Source of the DNA: Selaginella moellendorffii | Taxonomy: Eukaryota > Plantae > Lycopodiophyta | Direction of reading: 5' to 3' | DNA length: 64,000 nucleotides | NCBI RefSeq assembly: GCF_000143415.4 | Contig: NW_003314273.1 | Span: 1,456,052 to 1,520,051 of the forward strand | Shown here: one piece after another, positions 14,081-27,460 of the stretch | Layout of the letters: the number at the start of each line of letters is the position of its first letter | Numbering within the stretch: the first letter of the stretch is position 1 | Position numbers and translations under genes: made by a program | Notes under the pieces: generated by a model | The model's input: only the letters and a program-made list of their open reading frames with translations | What the model was told of the DNA's origin: nothing | Databases searched by the model: none

Positions 14081-15281
14081 GGTTTTGACTGCGACACCCA
14101 CATTTCCAGCCTGTGCAGCTTCATGCCGCTCGAGGCACTGCATGACGAGCTGCGCAGTCACCTTGCAACACTCAAGAACGAGCTCATCGAGCTCATCAAC
14201 AAGGATTACAAAGATTTCATGAGCCTCAGCACGCAGCTTGTGGATGTGGATGGTGCCGTGCTCTGGATGTGCACGCCATTGCAAGAGCTGCGAGGTAAGC
14301 TTGTCACCATGCGCAATGGTGTCGATGGAGTGCTGCTCGTGCTCCAGGACGCACTCAAGCAGAGATCCAAGGCCTTTGCATCGCAGGAGATTCTCAAGTT
14401 GCTGCTCGACACCTCTCATGTGGTTTCCAAGGTAAGATCGAGTGGAGTGAGTCCTTTTATTTCAATTCCTAGCTTGCTTGCAGATCGAGAAGCTCTTGCT
14501 GGAGCTCAAGGAAAATAGAATTTCCAATGGAAATCTAGTGAGTGGCAGTGAAGGATCTCTGGATCTGGTCGACAACAACAGTGGTGATGACCTGTGGAGT
14601 CGATTGTTGGAGCGAATTATGAGTGAGATGAATCATCTAAAGTTCTATGTTGCCCGCATCCAGGTGAAGTGACAAGAAGGTTCTCTACCATTGTCTACGT
14701 GCTTATGTGGCTATTGACAACACTGCTGGAGCTGAAGAGGCTTTTCATATCATAATTGTGGCACCTTTTGTCTCCAGGCTTTTTCCTGGGAATTCTTCCA
14801 AAGACTTGGTGGGTGGAGGAGCCGCGGACAAGCTGGAGGAAGAATATAAACAGGTCGAGGTGCATATTACTCAAGATTGTAAGTTCATGCTGGATATCGT
14901 AGCTTCTGGTAAGCTTTCCAAATGCCTTTTTCTTTTTTCGCTCTTTTTTGCTTCTTTTCTTTTTAGAAAACTCTGGACTTGATGTGTTTGATGTTCTTGG
15001 AAACTCCATTCTTAAAGAAGTGCACTCAGCAATAGTGGCAGGCAAGCCTGGCGCACTTTCACCTGGGAAACCAGCAGAGTTTTTGGCAAATTACAAGTCA
15101 AGCCTGAAGTTTCTATCGGTAGTAGAAGGTATGTAGCTTGGGTATTGCTAAGAAAGACCAACTCAAGCATATCAATTTCAGGATACTGTCAGTCACAATC
15201 GGCGGTTCTTGCTCTTTGTCTCAAGCAAGTGATGCTGAATTCGTGAAGCTTTGGAACTTGCCAGCTTATTTTACCCTGCAG
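14081..15281 (+). pseudogene. COG2: Transposon-captured 5' fragment of conserved oligomeric Golgi complex subunit 2, with introns
   Basis: FMPLEALHDELRSHLATLKNELIELINKDYKDFMSLSTQLVDVDG, LLLDTSHVVSK|IEKLL, LLERIMSEMNHLKFY, CLRAYVAIDNT..AEE, SGLDVFDVLGNSILKEV..AI..GKPGALSPGKP.EFLANYKSSL.FL and WNLPAYFTL match plant COG2. Short GT-AG introns are retained. Confidence 0.9.
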
Positions 15282-15649
15282 TGGTAGGCTGGGTGGTAGA
15301 AGGCCTGGACGTTGTCCGGAAGATTGTGAGTACCAGGGTGGTCAAAGATAACACAAGCAATCTTTACTTCTGGTATGTATTTTCTTCTCTTTGTTCCTTG
15401 GGAAAAATCTCATCTCGGACCCCATAGCACTGCCAAGCTTATAGGCGATACCTGAGCAGTGGTCACTGAGAGGGGATTCAATCAAACATAGGCAAAGATT
15501 GTCATTTTGCAGTGGGTACTTACTCTTGTAAAGTTCTTTCTTTCCTTTCAATCTAGCTCTGATCCATATTGCCAGACGACTGATACAAACAGCTTTACGC
15601 AAACGCTCATGTCCTTCCAACAAGAATGCTCTTTCTAAATCGATGGAAT

Positions 15650-16690
15650 TGATCCAAGGATACTGGCAGCAGCAACACAAGGTGGGAATGCTGAGCCTAG
15701 AATTGTCGATCAGGTAAATCATCACATCTTCATCAGTTCATCATCTCTTTCGTTGCTTCGGAGATAGTAATCAGCAACGCTGTAAACTACAAAAGTGAAG
15801 TTCCTGAATAAGAAAATGAATTGACTTACCAAAGAATCAGCAATTGCAAACAAGGCTTGAGCTACTTGATTCACACTCTTCACCATCTGGCTATCCACAG
15901 CCAGAGTACACTCCATGAATTCTTCCTTCTTCAGATTATGACGACAAATTTCCTTCTGGCTATCTTCCATTGTATCAATGAGCCTCACATTGTTGTCGTG
16001 CAACGCTCCTGCAAGTTGTTTTGCAAGTTGTGTGCGGGACTTCTTCCTTAGCCAGCCTGAACTGTCATTGCCAGAAATGATTATGAACAAAAACTACAAA
16101 ACATACTTTCAGGCTTTGATTCTCCATATGGAGGTGATGGTGATTGTTGTCGTGAAGCTCCTGGTGTTGGTAATGGTGATCATTGGGATGTAGGTGGTGA
16201 AGACATTGATTTCTGAGTCTGTCTCTGTGAATTCACATTCGACGGTCCTGAAGCCACTCGTCCATCAGTGTGTAGAGTTGATCATTGAACTTTGGTAAAT
16301 GCTTTACGACGTTGCTCTGTCATGTTCTAGTAACTGCTTCTGCCAGTAGGAACATGATATTCATATGATTTGATTTTGTTGAACTCTTTGTAGATATACT
16401 CCCAACAAGATTGACATTGCCCAAGCAAACAGTTGACACCATGTGTCAAATAGTAGCTCCAAACTTATTGAACAACTGGACCAAAACTTACTTGGAGACT
16501 TGCTGCCAACGAACGCTTGCAGTCTTATGCCTCTTTTGAATGCTGCCTCACTTCTGTAAGAAGAAATCATGCCTCTTTGCTTCAATCAAAACCAACAATT
16601 CATTCAAAGACCAATGCCCCCGATTTCCAGCTGGTTTTAGAGGCTTCGGTGGAGTGGAAGCAGTAAAATTCCCCTTGCTGAATTAAGAAC
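15650..16690 (-). pseudogene. Harbinger ORF1 Myb/SANT (trihelix) DNA-binding protein, degraded
   Basis: Minus strand: GHWSLNELLVLIEAKRH..SVRWQQVSK / QCQSCWEYIYKEFNKIKSYE..SY*NMT..RRK..LPKF..LYTLMDEW, followed by a coiled-coil tail (ORF 15722-16090). Convergent with the transposase. Confidence 0.8.
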
Positions 16691-17036
16691 CATCATACAC
16701 AACCTCTTGCTAACATTGAGTGGAGAACATAATCTCCAAGTCATTCAGTTGCTACTCTCCCATTCTGCTCAAGATCCTAAAACCAAGAATTGACACATCA
16801 GCAATAGTGGCAGGAGGAAATAACTATCACATCAGCATTTTAACATGCTATTGCAGGTTTGACGGTGGTCAACTGGCTCCAGTTTTGAAAAACATTCAAA
16901 TTGATTTCACCTTCACAATGCCACCGTTAAAAAAGTGACAATGACAGTGACATGTACTAGGGCAATGTCACTTCAAATTGCTGATGTGACTGTCACAATT
17001 TAACTGTGATGGTCACATGTGCAGCATCTATTAGGG

Positions 17037-17508
17037 CAGGGTTTGATGTGTCCACTACACCCCTAAAATTTTAAGGTTACATATGACAACCACATCATTA
17101 ATATAGTTTTTGCCAACACAATTAAATCTTTTGTCTTTTATAAATATTGATTGCCAGTTTAGATATGAAATAGTTTTCTTAGTTTATTCTACCAGGTCCA
17201 CCTGGAAACTTCTCCCTTTCCAGAAAAAAAACCTCCCGCCCTCATAAATTTTATGGTTACATGTAAACCCCCCTTAAAATTGCCACGTCACAAATATAAT
17301 TATTGCTAAGTCAGTTAAATTATTTTTGTCTTTTATAAGTATTGATTGCTATTTTATACATAGCATCATTTTATTAGTTTGTTCTACTAGGGGTTCTAGG
17401 CAGCAGGAGAATTTTTAGGGGGATACCTCCCTTCCCCCAATTTCAATGGCGGGGGGTTAAAAGTTGCCCCCCCTGAAAAACTTCCTCTAAGGGATGCATG
17501 GAACCCTG
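17037..17508. mobile_element. Possible MITE with CAGGGTT termini and internal duplication
   Basis: cagggtttgatgtgtcc (17037) pairs imperfectly with the reverse complement of ggatgcatggaaccctg (ends 17508). Internal ~130-bp direct duplication (~17060-17195 vs ~17260-17390). No convincing TSD. Confidence 0.35.
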
Positions 17509-20229
17509 CTTTTGAGATTATTCTGAGGCCTCAGAATATTCCCTCATCCTTGTGTAGAGTTCCCAACTATTTGTTTGGCACTTGAGCTCTTCTATGTGTC
17601 TTGAGTGTGAGCATATGAGAGGGAGTGTGGATCTATCATTAGGGCTTTAGAATGCCCCAAAATTTGGTGAATCTAGCAATTTCAGTCTAGTCTAGCCTTC
17701 TTATGAGGATTTGTGCATTTCATAAGAGATGAAGTTGATTTTACCTCATTAGAAAGAGGAAGCCATGGCCTTCTGATTGGCAATGGAAATGCAACTCTTC
17801 TTTATTTGGGTTAGCAATTTGAAGGCCTTGGCTTCCTCAATAACAGGCCAATTGAAATTGCCTTTCTTTCCATTTCTTTGTCTAGTTTTCATGAGTGTCA
17901 TGGCTCTTCATGTTGGTCTTCTTCTCTTTATCTAAGTCTAAACTTTCCAATATGTCTATTTATGTCCAATTTTGTAGCCAGAGTTAAGAGATATTTGTTA
18001 AAACATATTTGCCAAAGGTATTTGTGAAGGTTTAATCCATTTCTTTTGGTTTTTTCACTTCATCTCCACATTCTTCATCTGATTTGTATGTGTATATATT
18101 TTTTGAGATACCCACAAAAGTTTTAGTACTTTCTTTAGCTAGATTCTCATTTCTTTGTGAGGAATTAGCATTTGTGGGACATACAGTTATCTTTGTTGGA
18201 GATTTCTTCTTTGGGACACTCTTTTTTTTGGAGGCATTGATAAAGATGGTGAAGAGGGAAAATTAAAAATTCTGAGAATTATCTAGAAAACTTAAATCTT
18301 ATAGTTTGTTCAATGGTTAAAGAGCACTCATAGCTGCATGACCTGAATAAAGAAATATAGAAATAAAGGTGAGAAAAATAGAGAAAAAATGAGAAAAAAA
18401 TGATAAATAAAAAGAAAAAATAAGAAAGAGCTCCCAATACCAGAATGGCTTAAGGAGCATATTCTATCTCATTCCTAAAAGGGCACTATTGCCTCTATTA
18501 ACAAAAGTGTGCACAAATCACCTCTATTGCCTTCATTATTATGATAGAAAGAAATCTCAGCACTAGTTGGTGAATGACCCAATCCTGGAGCTGAGAATGA
18601 CAAGAAGAAGGTTCTGCTCAATATTGAGACAGCAAGAAAATGGTTACTTCTCAAAATCACCACTTTGTAACATGTTTGCTTTTGGCAGCCCAAAACTCAT
18701 ATGTAACACATCCACTATCTTGAGTAGTGGGTGAAGAAGAGGAGTCACCATGAAGATTTAATTGAAAAAGCATTGGTAGAAAAAGTTTTGTAAGAGAAAA
18801 CTTGTCTACTACATCAAATGCCCACAAGCCAAGTGCATAAGATCCATGGTTTTCAACTTGCTTCAAAGGTGGTTAAAAATCCTCTTCAAGCCTAATATCT
18901 CCTTACTGTGGAAGTGGAAACATAGCTGGATCAACCATGGCAACCATCATCATGCTTCTTTGCCAATAACTTGTAAATGTCTAAGCTCTTGACTGGACTC
19001 TAAGAAAAAAAAAATTTGCATACCTCACACAAAACAAGAGATAGAATTCTGATTGTCAAAAGTTCTAGATCAATCAAATCTAGGATTCATGAAAGATAAA
19101 AAGCCAAAAGCCTGATCCAATTCAACAATAATAGGAATTGAAAAGAAATAAAAATATCTAGATCAAATAAAAGACTAAAGTGGAAATACTTAGCTTGAAA
19201 TTGATATAGATCCTTTTATTTTTGTTCTAGAAATTAATACTCCAAATGATGCCTTCGCTAAAAAGTGAGCCATGCCACTGTGGTCACCATCTGTTGCAAG
19301 GGAATCCTGAAAAATGCCACTGAAAAATGTGTCATATTATCAATCTCAATAATGAACCTAATGGATTAATCTCTAAGTACATCTGGGAATATTCCCAGAA
19401 TCATACCCACAATCTAACACCACATCCTTGGGTATAGCTTCAAATCTAGCTACCAGACCAGCTCTAAGCTTTCAAAGTGGGATCTTCCAGCCATCCTCCA
19501 CACTCTCTCAGGTCCTGGAGGACATTCTCACTCAAATTTCTGGCACTTTATCTAGATCATGCTCAGTGAGCTTAATTGGCAAGATTTTAAGAAGCATTCC
19601 TGGTTTTAACACTCAAAAAACTCATGATCTCATTCTTTGTAGTAACATTCAGATAAGACACTCTTCCTCAAAGGCATAAGCAATGCTCAGCTCTCATTTT
19701 CAAAGCAACATCATCTCTCTTGTTGGCATACTCCAGTGGCTTGGAAGTGGCTGGCAACATGGTTGTCATTCTCAAACGATTTACTAATTATACTGTGATT
19801 CTGGCTTGCATTTGTAAGAGTGTTAAGATCTTCACCGATGGCATGGGTTTGACATTTGACTTCCTTATAAGGGACTACCACCATCATCTCAGAGTCTATC
19901 TTGGGATGGATATTTGAGTTGTATAATGCAGTATGACTGACATCTTCTATATGGATTGGACTACTCCATATTGGACTTTTCTAGCATCACCATACATATT
20001 CCAAAGTTCCTTGGCCTAAAAAAGAACTGGAGAATCAGCCATGATATCTTTGCAACCACAGAGTCAAGAATCAAGGTAGAAATTTTTCTAGCCACTTTTC
20101 TGACTCTAGCACCACATAAGGAGTCACTTAGGACCCTTACTAAGGATATCTCACAACATTCACACAGGGTTTAGGGCCTTTTATGAACATTATAGTTTCA
20201 TAGGGCTTTATAAAAGCCTCTACCCCAGC

Positions 20230-23200
20230 TGTACCTACACCTAACTATGCTGCTGTGAGTCTGTGGTGGTGTTGATGCTAGAGATGCTGTTAGAGCTCTA
20301 TTGGACATTCCTTCTTCAAACACTCTATTGGTGTGTCTATCCTTTATGTGTCTGCTTTGGGTCTAAGCCGAAACTCTATATAGTTGGTGGAGTATCCATA
20401 TACTCATATTAGGCCTCTAGTATGTTGAAATAACACTAGACTTTGTTTGTCTCTATTATTAAAGTTGAGATTAAATATTTTATAGATTCACTAAGGAAGT
20501 TTGATTTTCCATCTATGGTGATTCAGATAGTTGGTGGTCAATTGAACCTCATTGGGATATTTTGTTTCATAATCTTGATGATTATGATATTGATGATTTG
20601 GCTATACCTTTGTATTGTTAGTATTTGCACATTTGCCAGTTAGCAATTGTATTAGTGTTTAAACAAGTTGAGTGATGAGTTAAGTTAGTTTTGTTTTAGA
20701 ATAGATTGTTTAGTAAAGATTTGGCTTTGGCTTTTCTTTGAAAATGATTTAGTCATGGATTATGTTAACTTTGAAAAACTAAGAGTTAGTGATCAATATT
20801 AGAGTTGTTGGATCCTTGTTAGATATAAGTTGATTTTATATTGATTATTGATGAATCCTTTTGTGCTTGTTATAAAGTGAGTTGTATCTTATAGTGGAAG
20901 ATAAATTCATATAGGATCAGATTGATGATCACTTATTAAGTTTGGCTTTATCATATTTGGTTTTTAGATTGATGCAAGTATGCTTCTTATTAACTTTTGC
21001 ATCACAAAATTTTGGCTAATAGATGTGTTAGAAGGATATTGTGCATAATATATTCCTAATGCATATAGTTACCATAATTTCTTCTTTAACATTGAAGTTA
21101 GTCAATATGAGACTTATAATCATTATTATATAGGATTTGGTTATAAACTTTATTAAGTTTTTTGGTTTTTGAGTTCTCATACTCATTATTCCATTTGTTT
21201 GGAATTGCCAGAGAAGGTATTTTAGTTGACTAGCTTTAGTGTATGAGTTGGTTTCCACATCAACTATTAGTGATGATTAATTATCATCAAGAATATTTAA
21301 TTATCTTTGTTAGAGGTCTTGCTTGATCATTGTTGATTATTATTCTTTAGGATGATGAATTATTTTTTAACAGTGATTATGCACCTCTATTGATAGAATG
21401 ATTGATGATCTTTTGTGATGGTTAGTTTTTTTTGTGGCTTTTTATTTTTTGCATTATCATATATTCTTTGTTATTCTTCTTAGATTGGTTTATTGGGTTT
21501 AAAATATCAGTAAGATATTTGTGACACTTGCTTGAACAACTTTAGTTTCTTAGTGTTATTGATTTATTTGATTGACTAATGTTATAATTAATATGAATGA
21601 ATATTTCTTGGCTTTTATAGCATTCATCCTGATATATTGGTTGTTACTAAATTTAGTTATGATAGATTGGGATATTATTTCCTTTGAGTGATATATTTAT
21701 GACCATTGAGTGATAATACTATATATCCTTTGAGCTAGTTTTTGTAGGTTCCTTAGAATGCTATCTATGATTTTTGATAGCTAAATTATATCATTAATTT
21801 TTTTATAATATCCTTATCATTAAATTTTGCTAGGTGGTTAATATTATATTTTTAAACTAATAATCTTAGTGATTCCTGTACTATACTAGTTTATTGGATG
21901 ATAAATTTGGCATTCTAATCTAATTTATTCACTGATACTTTGATATCCCTACAATATCTTTATCTATACCTTTGATATTATCCATCACATTAATCTTGAA
22001 ATTTAGGCCAGTATTGGCAAACTAGCTTTGGCACTTTATATGTATAATAAAATCTTTTGTCATAGGATAGCTACTGTAAATTGGTCAATAACCTACCTCT
22101 TTCTCAATGTTCCTAATTTTTGTTAAAAAGGGCATAATTATATAAACAAGTCTAACTACTTGTTTACAATAGTGTATTTAAACATTATTGATGGCCTTTA
22201 TCTCCTCTCTTTATTTCACATATAGGTAGAGGCATATCTTCTATAAGTTGAATGACATCTAGAGTAGCAAAGGGGTTGACTTTATTAAACATTTTCTTAT
22301 TGGTGATAGCTAGATGGTGCATGAGTGTTAGTGCATTTTACATAGACAGAGAGATAGTCTTATAACTCATTTAAATTGGTGCACTTTTCAGAAAACTTTA
22401 TTTGAAATTTCTTTCTTAGTGGTGGTCTAGACTAGAGTATGAATCAACGAAGACATTGACTTTCTTAAGGGGGGGAGCATATCATGAATGTGATTATGGG
22501 TACTAAAAGTTATTTGTTAGTAAGTCCTTTCAAATATTTTTTTTTTACTTCTAATAAGAGGTCAGTATTGCTAAATCCTTTATCACTTTCTTTTGTACTT
22601 TATCACAAATGTGACTTTGGGTATCAAAAGATACTTGTCAGCCAGTCTTTATGAACACTCTCTCGTTACTACCACAATAGTAAAAGGTTAGTATTATTAG
22701 TTCCTTTTATCAGCCCCTTTTGTCCAAGTGTTAGTAAACTAGATTTAGCATTTGTACTTGGCTGGATGAGTATAAGGAAGGAATTTCCAAGTGTCTATTT
22801 AGCCAAGCATATTTGGCTCAATTTATTAGTTTTCTTTTACTAGTAAGAACTCCTACAATATTGAGACTAGTTCTTCAATATTGTTATATGGTAGCTTACT
22901 GTATTTGTTAGACACCTTTGCTATTATGCTCCACATGTTGGTTCTATTTTGGATTCATATGCTATTTATAGTAAGTGTCTAGATCCACTCAAGAGGCATA
23001 TCTATAAAATGTAGAGAGTGTCTTGAACCCTATGATGTTGTTCCTGCACCTTAATTCACAATTTAATGTCATTTTATATTTACTAAGTTTCATGCTTGTC
23101 CCAGAGACTAACTTCTAATACTAAGGGTGAAAGTTTAAAGCATGCGTTCCTCAAGGGGGGGGGGGTGAATGTATAGTAGGGATAGTGGTTGGAATGCATA

Positions 23201-23310
23201 GCTAACCACCTGAGACATTAGTTTGGCTTCTGCTAGGCTATATTGCTCCTTATTTTGCATATGACTTGGGTTTAAACCCAAGTTCTATACAGCTCTAGTT
23301 GATAGGGTAC
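20230..23310 (+). mobile_element. Old, heavily deaminated copy of LTR family B (LTR piece, non-coding internal region, PPT, LTR start)
   Basis: 22610-23310 matches the reverse complement of ~50900-51640 with C>T/G>A changes. PPT cctcaag(G)n at ~23150 is followed by ..tgtatagtagggatagtgg. An LTR fragment lies at ~20355-20405. Confidence 0.65.
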
Positions 23311-24689
23311 CCTCCTCTTCAAGCCACTAATATATCAAAATTGTCCTAGATACTATTTTGTATATCGATGTTAGATACAGGGAGCTAGTGCTCAGGATTG
23401 AGAGTGTACCAAACCTTCATTTTATAGTGCAATGGTTTTAAAGTTCAACTCCAAATTTAAGTGTGCTATATACTAGTAGAGTTAATTAAGAATGTTAAAA
23501 CAAGAAATCATAGTATGACCCATAATATCCTTCTTAACACATCCAGAAACAAAACTTTATCAGGTAAGCGTTAATGGAGAGCATATTCATATCAATTCAA
23601 AACACAATATAAAGTTATGTTCAATATATGATTACTAAATTGATCCTCCAAAAATCCATCTTCTATAGTAAGACATAACTCACTTCATAATAAGCATATG
23701 AAGAATCATCACTAATATATATAATCCCAACTCAAATCCAACAAGAAACTAACAACACCAATATCAATCATTAACACTTCTTCTTACAAAGTTAGTATAG
23801 TGATTAAATTACTTTTCAAGGAAAAGCTAAAGCTCAATCTTTACTAAATAATTTGATTTAACACGTAGCTAGGCTCACTTGCCACTTAGTTCATTTTAAT
23901 GCCAATCTAAATGCTAACTAGCAAATGTATGAATGTTATTGACACAAAGGTATGGCCAAACTATCAATACCATCTTCATTGAGACTAGTGAAATAAAATG
24001 TTAGTCTCCAATGAGGCTTAATCACTGACCATTTAAGTCACCACAAATGGATAATCTAACTTCCCCAACATGCCAAAGAAGAAACATCTCCTATCACTCC
24101 AATCTCAACTCCAACAATATCGATATCAAGACATCACTTTAACATCATTAGCACTAAAACAAAATTAAAAAAAAGTTATAGCAAATAACCACCCAAAACT
24201 CTTTAGCATCAAAGTTAACCAAGGTTAAAGATACTTTATTTAATATTCAAACCAATCCTTCATGAATACTTAGCTATAGATAATATATCATTAAAGACTG
24301 AATCACTATATTCAAGACTCAATACAATCTAATACCACAAACTAAACATAGCCAGATAATACTAAAAGAGGTAGAATTGATATACTAACATGGAAAAACT
24401 ATATAAGCCAAACAACATAATCATTTGCAATACCATCCAGTAAACAAGCCTATCACTACCAATCATCATCAAGCTAAGTGAAGTATCAACAATCCTTGAC
24501 AAAGTCTACAAGCAATTAGTAGTTGCAAAACAACCAACAATCACTTTACAACTTGCCTTTATAAAATTTAACACTAAAATCATATAATTGAGTTATATAC
24601 TTATCCAATGGAAAGGTATAAGGAACTAACTCCCCAAAATGTCATAGGCTAAAGGATCTCTGAAACCAAGATTAGAATGATATAGAGTT

Positions 24690-24945
24690 TATTGGATGAG
24701 ATCGAGTCTGTGATCAAGTCTAACACCGACTCCAAGATTGAGTTCGAAATTGAGTCTGAGATCAAGTTCGAGACTAACTCCGAGACCAAGTTCGGGACTG
24801 AGTGTAAGACCAAGTTTGAAACTAAGTCTGAGACCAAGTCCAAGGTCGGGTTTGAGATCGAGTATAAGATTGAGTCTAAGACCAAGTCCAAAGTTGAGTT
24901 TGAGATCGAGTTTGAGATCAAATCCGAAATTAAGTCCGAATACTA
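24690..24945 (+). repeat. Degenerate GAGTCC/GAGACC hexamer array of the LTR family A 3' internal region
   Basis: Same position upstream of gggtgaaagcccaaagcg-PPT as the younger copies, with CpGs largely lost. Confidence 0.75.
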
Positions 24946-26202
24946 ATACAAGTTATGGGGTGAAAGCCCAAAGCGATTGTTTCCTGGGGGGTGGGGGGCA
25001 CTTGTAAAGGGTTCCAAAAATATAATACGGATAGTGAGGTCCAAGAACCAATCTTGAAGGAACTTTTCAATGGTGCTTGCAAACCAATTTGAGGTTGGGA
25101 CTAGGGGTAAGGGGCCTTGGGTGGGAGTGAGCATGGACTTGGTGGTGTAAGAAAGGCCACCCAAGGAAGTGCTCAAGAGTAGCTCCCACTCCCGAAAGGG
25201 AAATTGCTTATAGTGGTTCCGGCTCATGTGGAATTGTGCCCGACTTATTGGTCCTCGCTCTTTCCTAGGGGCTTGGGCCTTCCCTTCAGGATGGAAGTAA
25301 GGGAGTAGGGGTACCCATACTGGGTTGTTAAGCCACAGTCTTTCCCCTCAGGGCCTCGGAATAAGAGATGCACCCAAGGCTTAGGATTTAAAAGGTCTTA
25401 TGAGCAAATTTTGTTGTCCCAAGGGATGTTAAGAATTTGGAGGCTTTCTTGGCTGCTTGTGCATATGGGGAGTGTAGCTAAATTTTAAATTCAATCGAAC
25501 CTAGGAAGGAAGATTATGAGAAAATTTGGGAATTTATAGATGGATGGCTAATACTCTGTTGCTTGTGTAGTGAGTAAGTAAAACCAAGTAGGATCAAGTA
25601 GTAGCTGATGCAATAGGCAAGAACCTTAGCAAGGGAACTCAACTAAGGTTAAGGCAAGTGGTGGTTAGATGAACGAGGTAAGTTGGCAAATAGGAAAAAT
25701 AAAATTTATGGCTTACAAAAGGTAACACTCTAGATAGAACATAAAGAATCATAGACAAGTGTTGATAAAATGACTACTTAAATCCAATTGTACAATAATA
25801 AGCCTACCAACATGTCTAACCAATAGTTATGGGCATTGTGAAAGAACTTATGGACTAGTTATGAATGATTAACACTCAGCTAAAATTAAAGTGAAGACTA
25901 TGAGATGGATTTATATATGTACATAACCTCTTAATAGATAAGGATACAGTATGGCTACTAACATTTCAACCACAAACAATAAAGCTAGATATCACCATCC
26001 TCAACTAAAGTGCAAAGTCACCAAGACTAAGTCATGATTTTTTTGCCCAAATTGTCAGTCAACTTAGTCAATTTTGGTCAATGGGATGGTCTATGGGGTA
26101 GTCAATGTGATGACCAGCTCACCAATGTCCTTTTGTGAAGGGGTCAAAGAATGCTAAGGTGAATGTGGTGAATCCATCATGGATATGGCTTAAATATCTG
26201 TT

Positions 26203-27460
26203 TGTAAGCAACTAAAATTTTCATTTTACTTTAATCACTTAATCACACCTTTGATCATTTAGAGGAGTCTTATTCACCACCTCTATAAGTCTCATTTCTA
26301 ACTTGGGGACATACTAGCCCCAAGAATGGCACCTACACCTCTCAGCCTTTGCACTTGGTTTAAGTGCTTCATGTGTTTGATCCTATAATAAACACCCCAA
26401 AGGTATTACCAACATATCAGCCCATGATATTAAGGCCATATGGTAGTCCTAAACCACTTGTGTGCCATAGTCCCATCTCTCAAAGACTAGACCATCTATC
26501 AATGAGTGGTCATTTCAGACCACACCTTAACATCCTTAGGATGCCTGAAGATAGGGGGAGCACCCTTCCCTAATATCCTTACTTCAATCTCCACCAAGTC
26601 CCTCTTCATCTATGGCCGTGCTTGCCAACACCACTATTGGGTCAAGGCCTGAAGGCCTAACCACTAAGTCCCATTAACCTTTGGGACTTCCTCACTATGT
26701 GACCACATCCTTGGTCACACTATACAAGAGGATTGCTCCTCTTCCTTTCTAAAGTCTGGGATTTTGGGACAATATTTCAAAACATTGTGGTCTTACGCAA
26801 ATCTCATGGGTACTCTCCCCACTTTCCACCCTTGGATGCCCTAGCCATGTGGCTAGAGTGAGGTTTCAATGAGCCATGCCAAGTATCCAAGTAGGTAGTG
26901 CCACCCACACTTGGATTGAGAGCATTGACTATTTAATCTCCTAGGGGAGCTAAAGGTAGTTTTTGAACACTTCACCAAGTTACCCCACTTGCCCATCTAT
27001 GTTCACTTTAACCTTGGACTCCTCAGTGGTTATATCATCAACCACGTGGGTATACCCTTCCTTGGTCACACTAGCCTTTCCTGGCTAAACTAGCTCCACT
27101 AGAGTCCTTTGTAAGTGACTAATTTTTCCATTTTACTTTAGTCACTTAACCGCACCTCTGACCACTTGAAGGAGTCTCACTCACAACCTCCGTAAGTCCT
27201 ATTTTGGACTTGGGCTTACTAGCCCTGAGAATGGCATCCCCGCCACTCAACCTCACTTGGTCTAAGTGCTCCACATGCCTGATCCCATGACCAACACCCC
27301 AAGGTACCACTGACATATCAGCCCGTTACGCTAAGGCCATGCCCTTTTACCTTGGTCACACCGGTGGTCTAACACCACCTGCATCATAGTCCCATCTCTC
27401 AGGGATTGGGCCATTTGTCTATGAGTGATCATTCCAAATCCACTCCTTAGCATCCTTAGG
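26203..27460 (-). mobile_element. Two nested LTR family A copies (26203-~27110 and 27111-27460)
   Basis: Both begin tgtaag..aattt..cattttacttta.tcacttaa and are colinear with 51811-52751. The second copy stops abruptly at catccttagg (27460). Confidence 0.8.

Larger units (their letters stand above)
12578..17030. mobile_element. Complete PIF/Harbinger DNA transposon (4.45 kb) with captured host gene fragment
   Basis: 30-bp TIRs: GAGACGCTGCACATGTGACCATCACCGTCA (12578-12607) and the reverse complement of 17001-17030 (TAGATGCTGCACATGTGACCATCACAGTTA). TTA TSD at 12575-12577 and 17031-17033. Contains a DDE transposase and a Myb/SANT ORF. Confidence 0.95.

Noticed and set aside
14081-15281. Functional COG2 gene
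   Set aside because: It lacks the start and the C-terminal part, has an internal deletion and frameshift, and lies inside a Harbinger element.
17520-20200. Coding-like decayed segments, including a Cys-rich stretch near 19560-19760 on the minus strand
   Set aside because: Many stops and no recognisable family motif.
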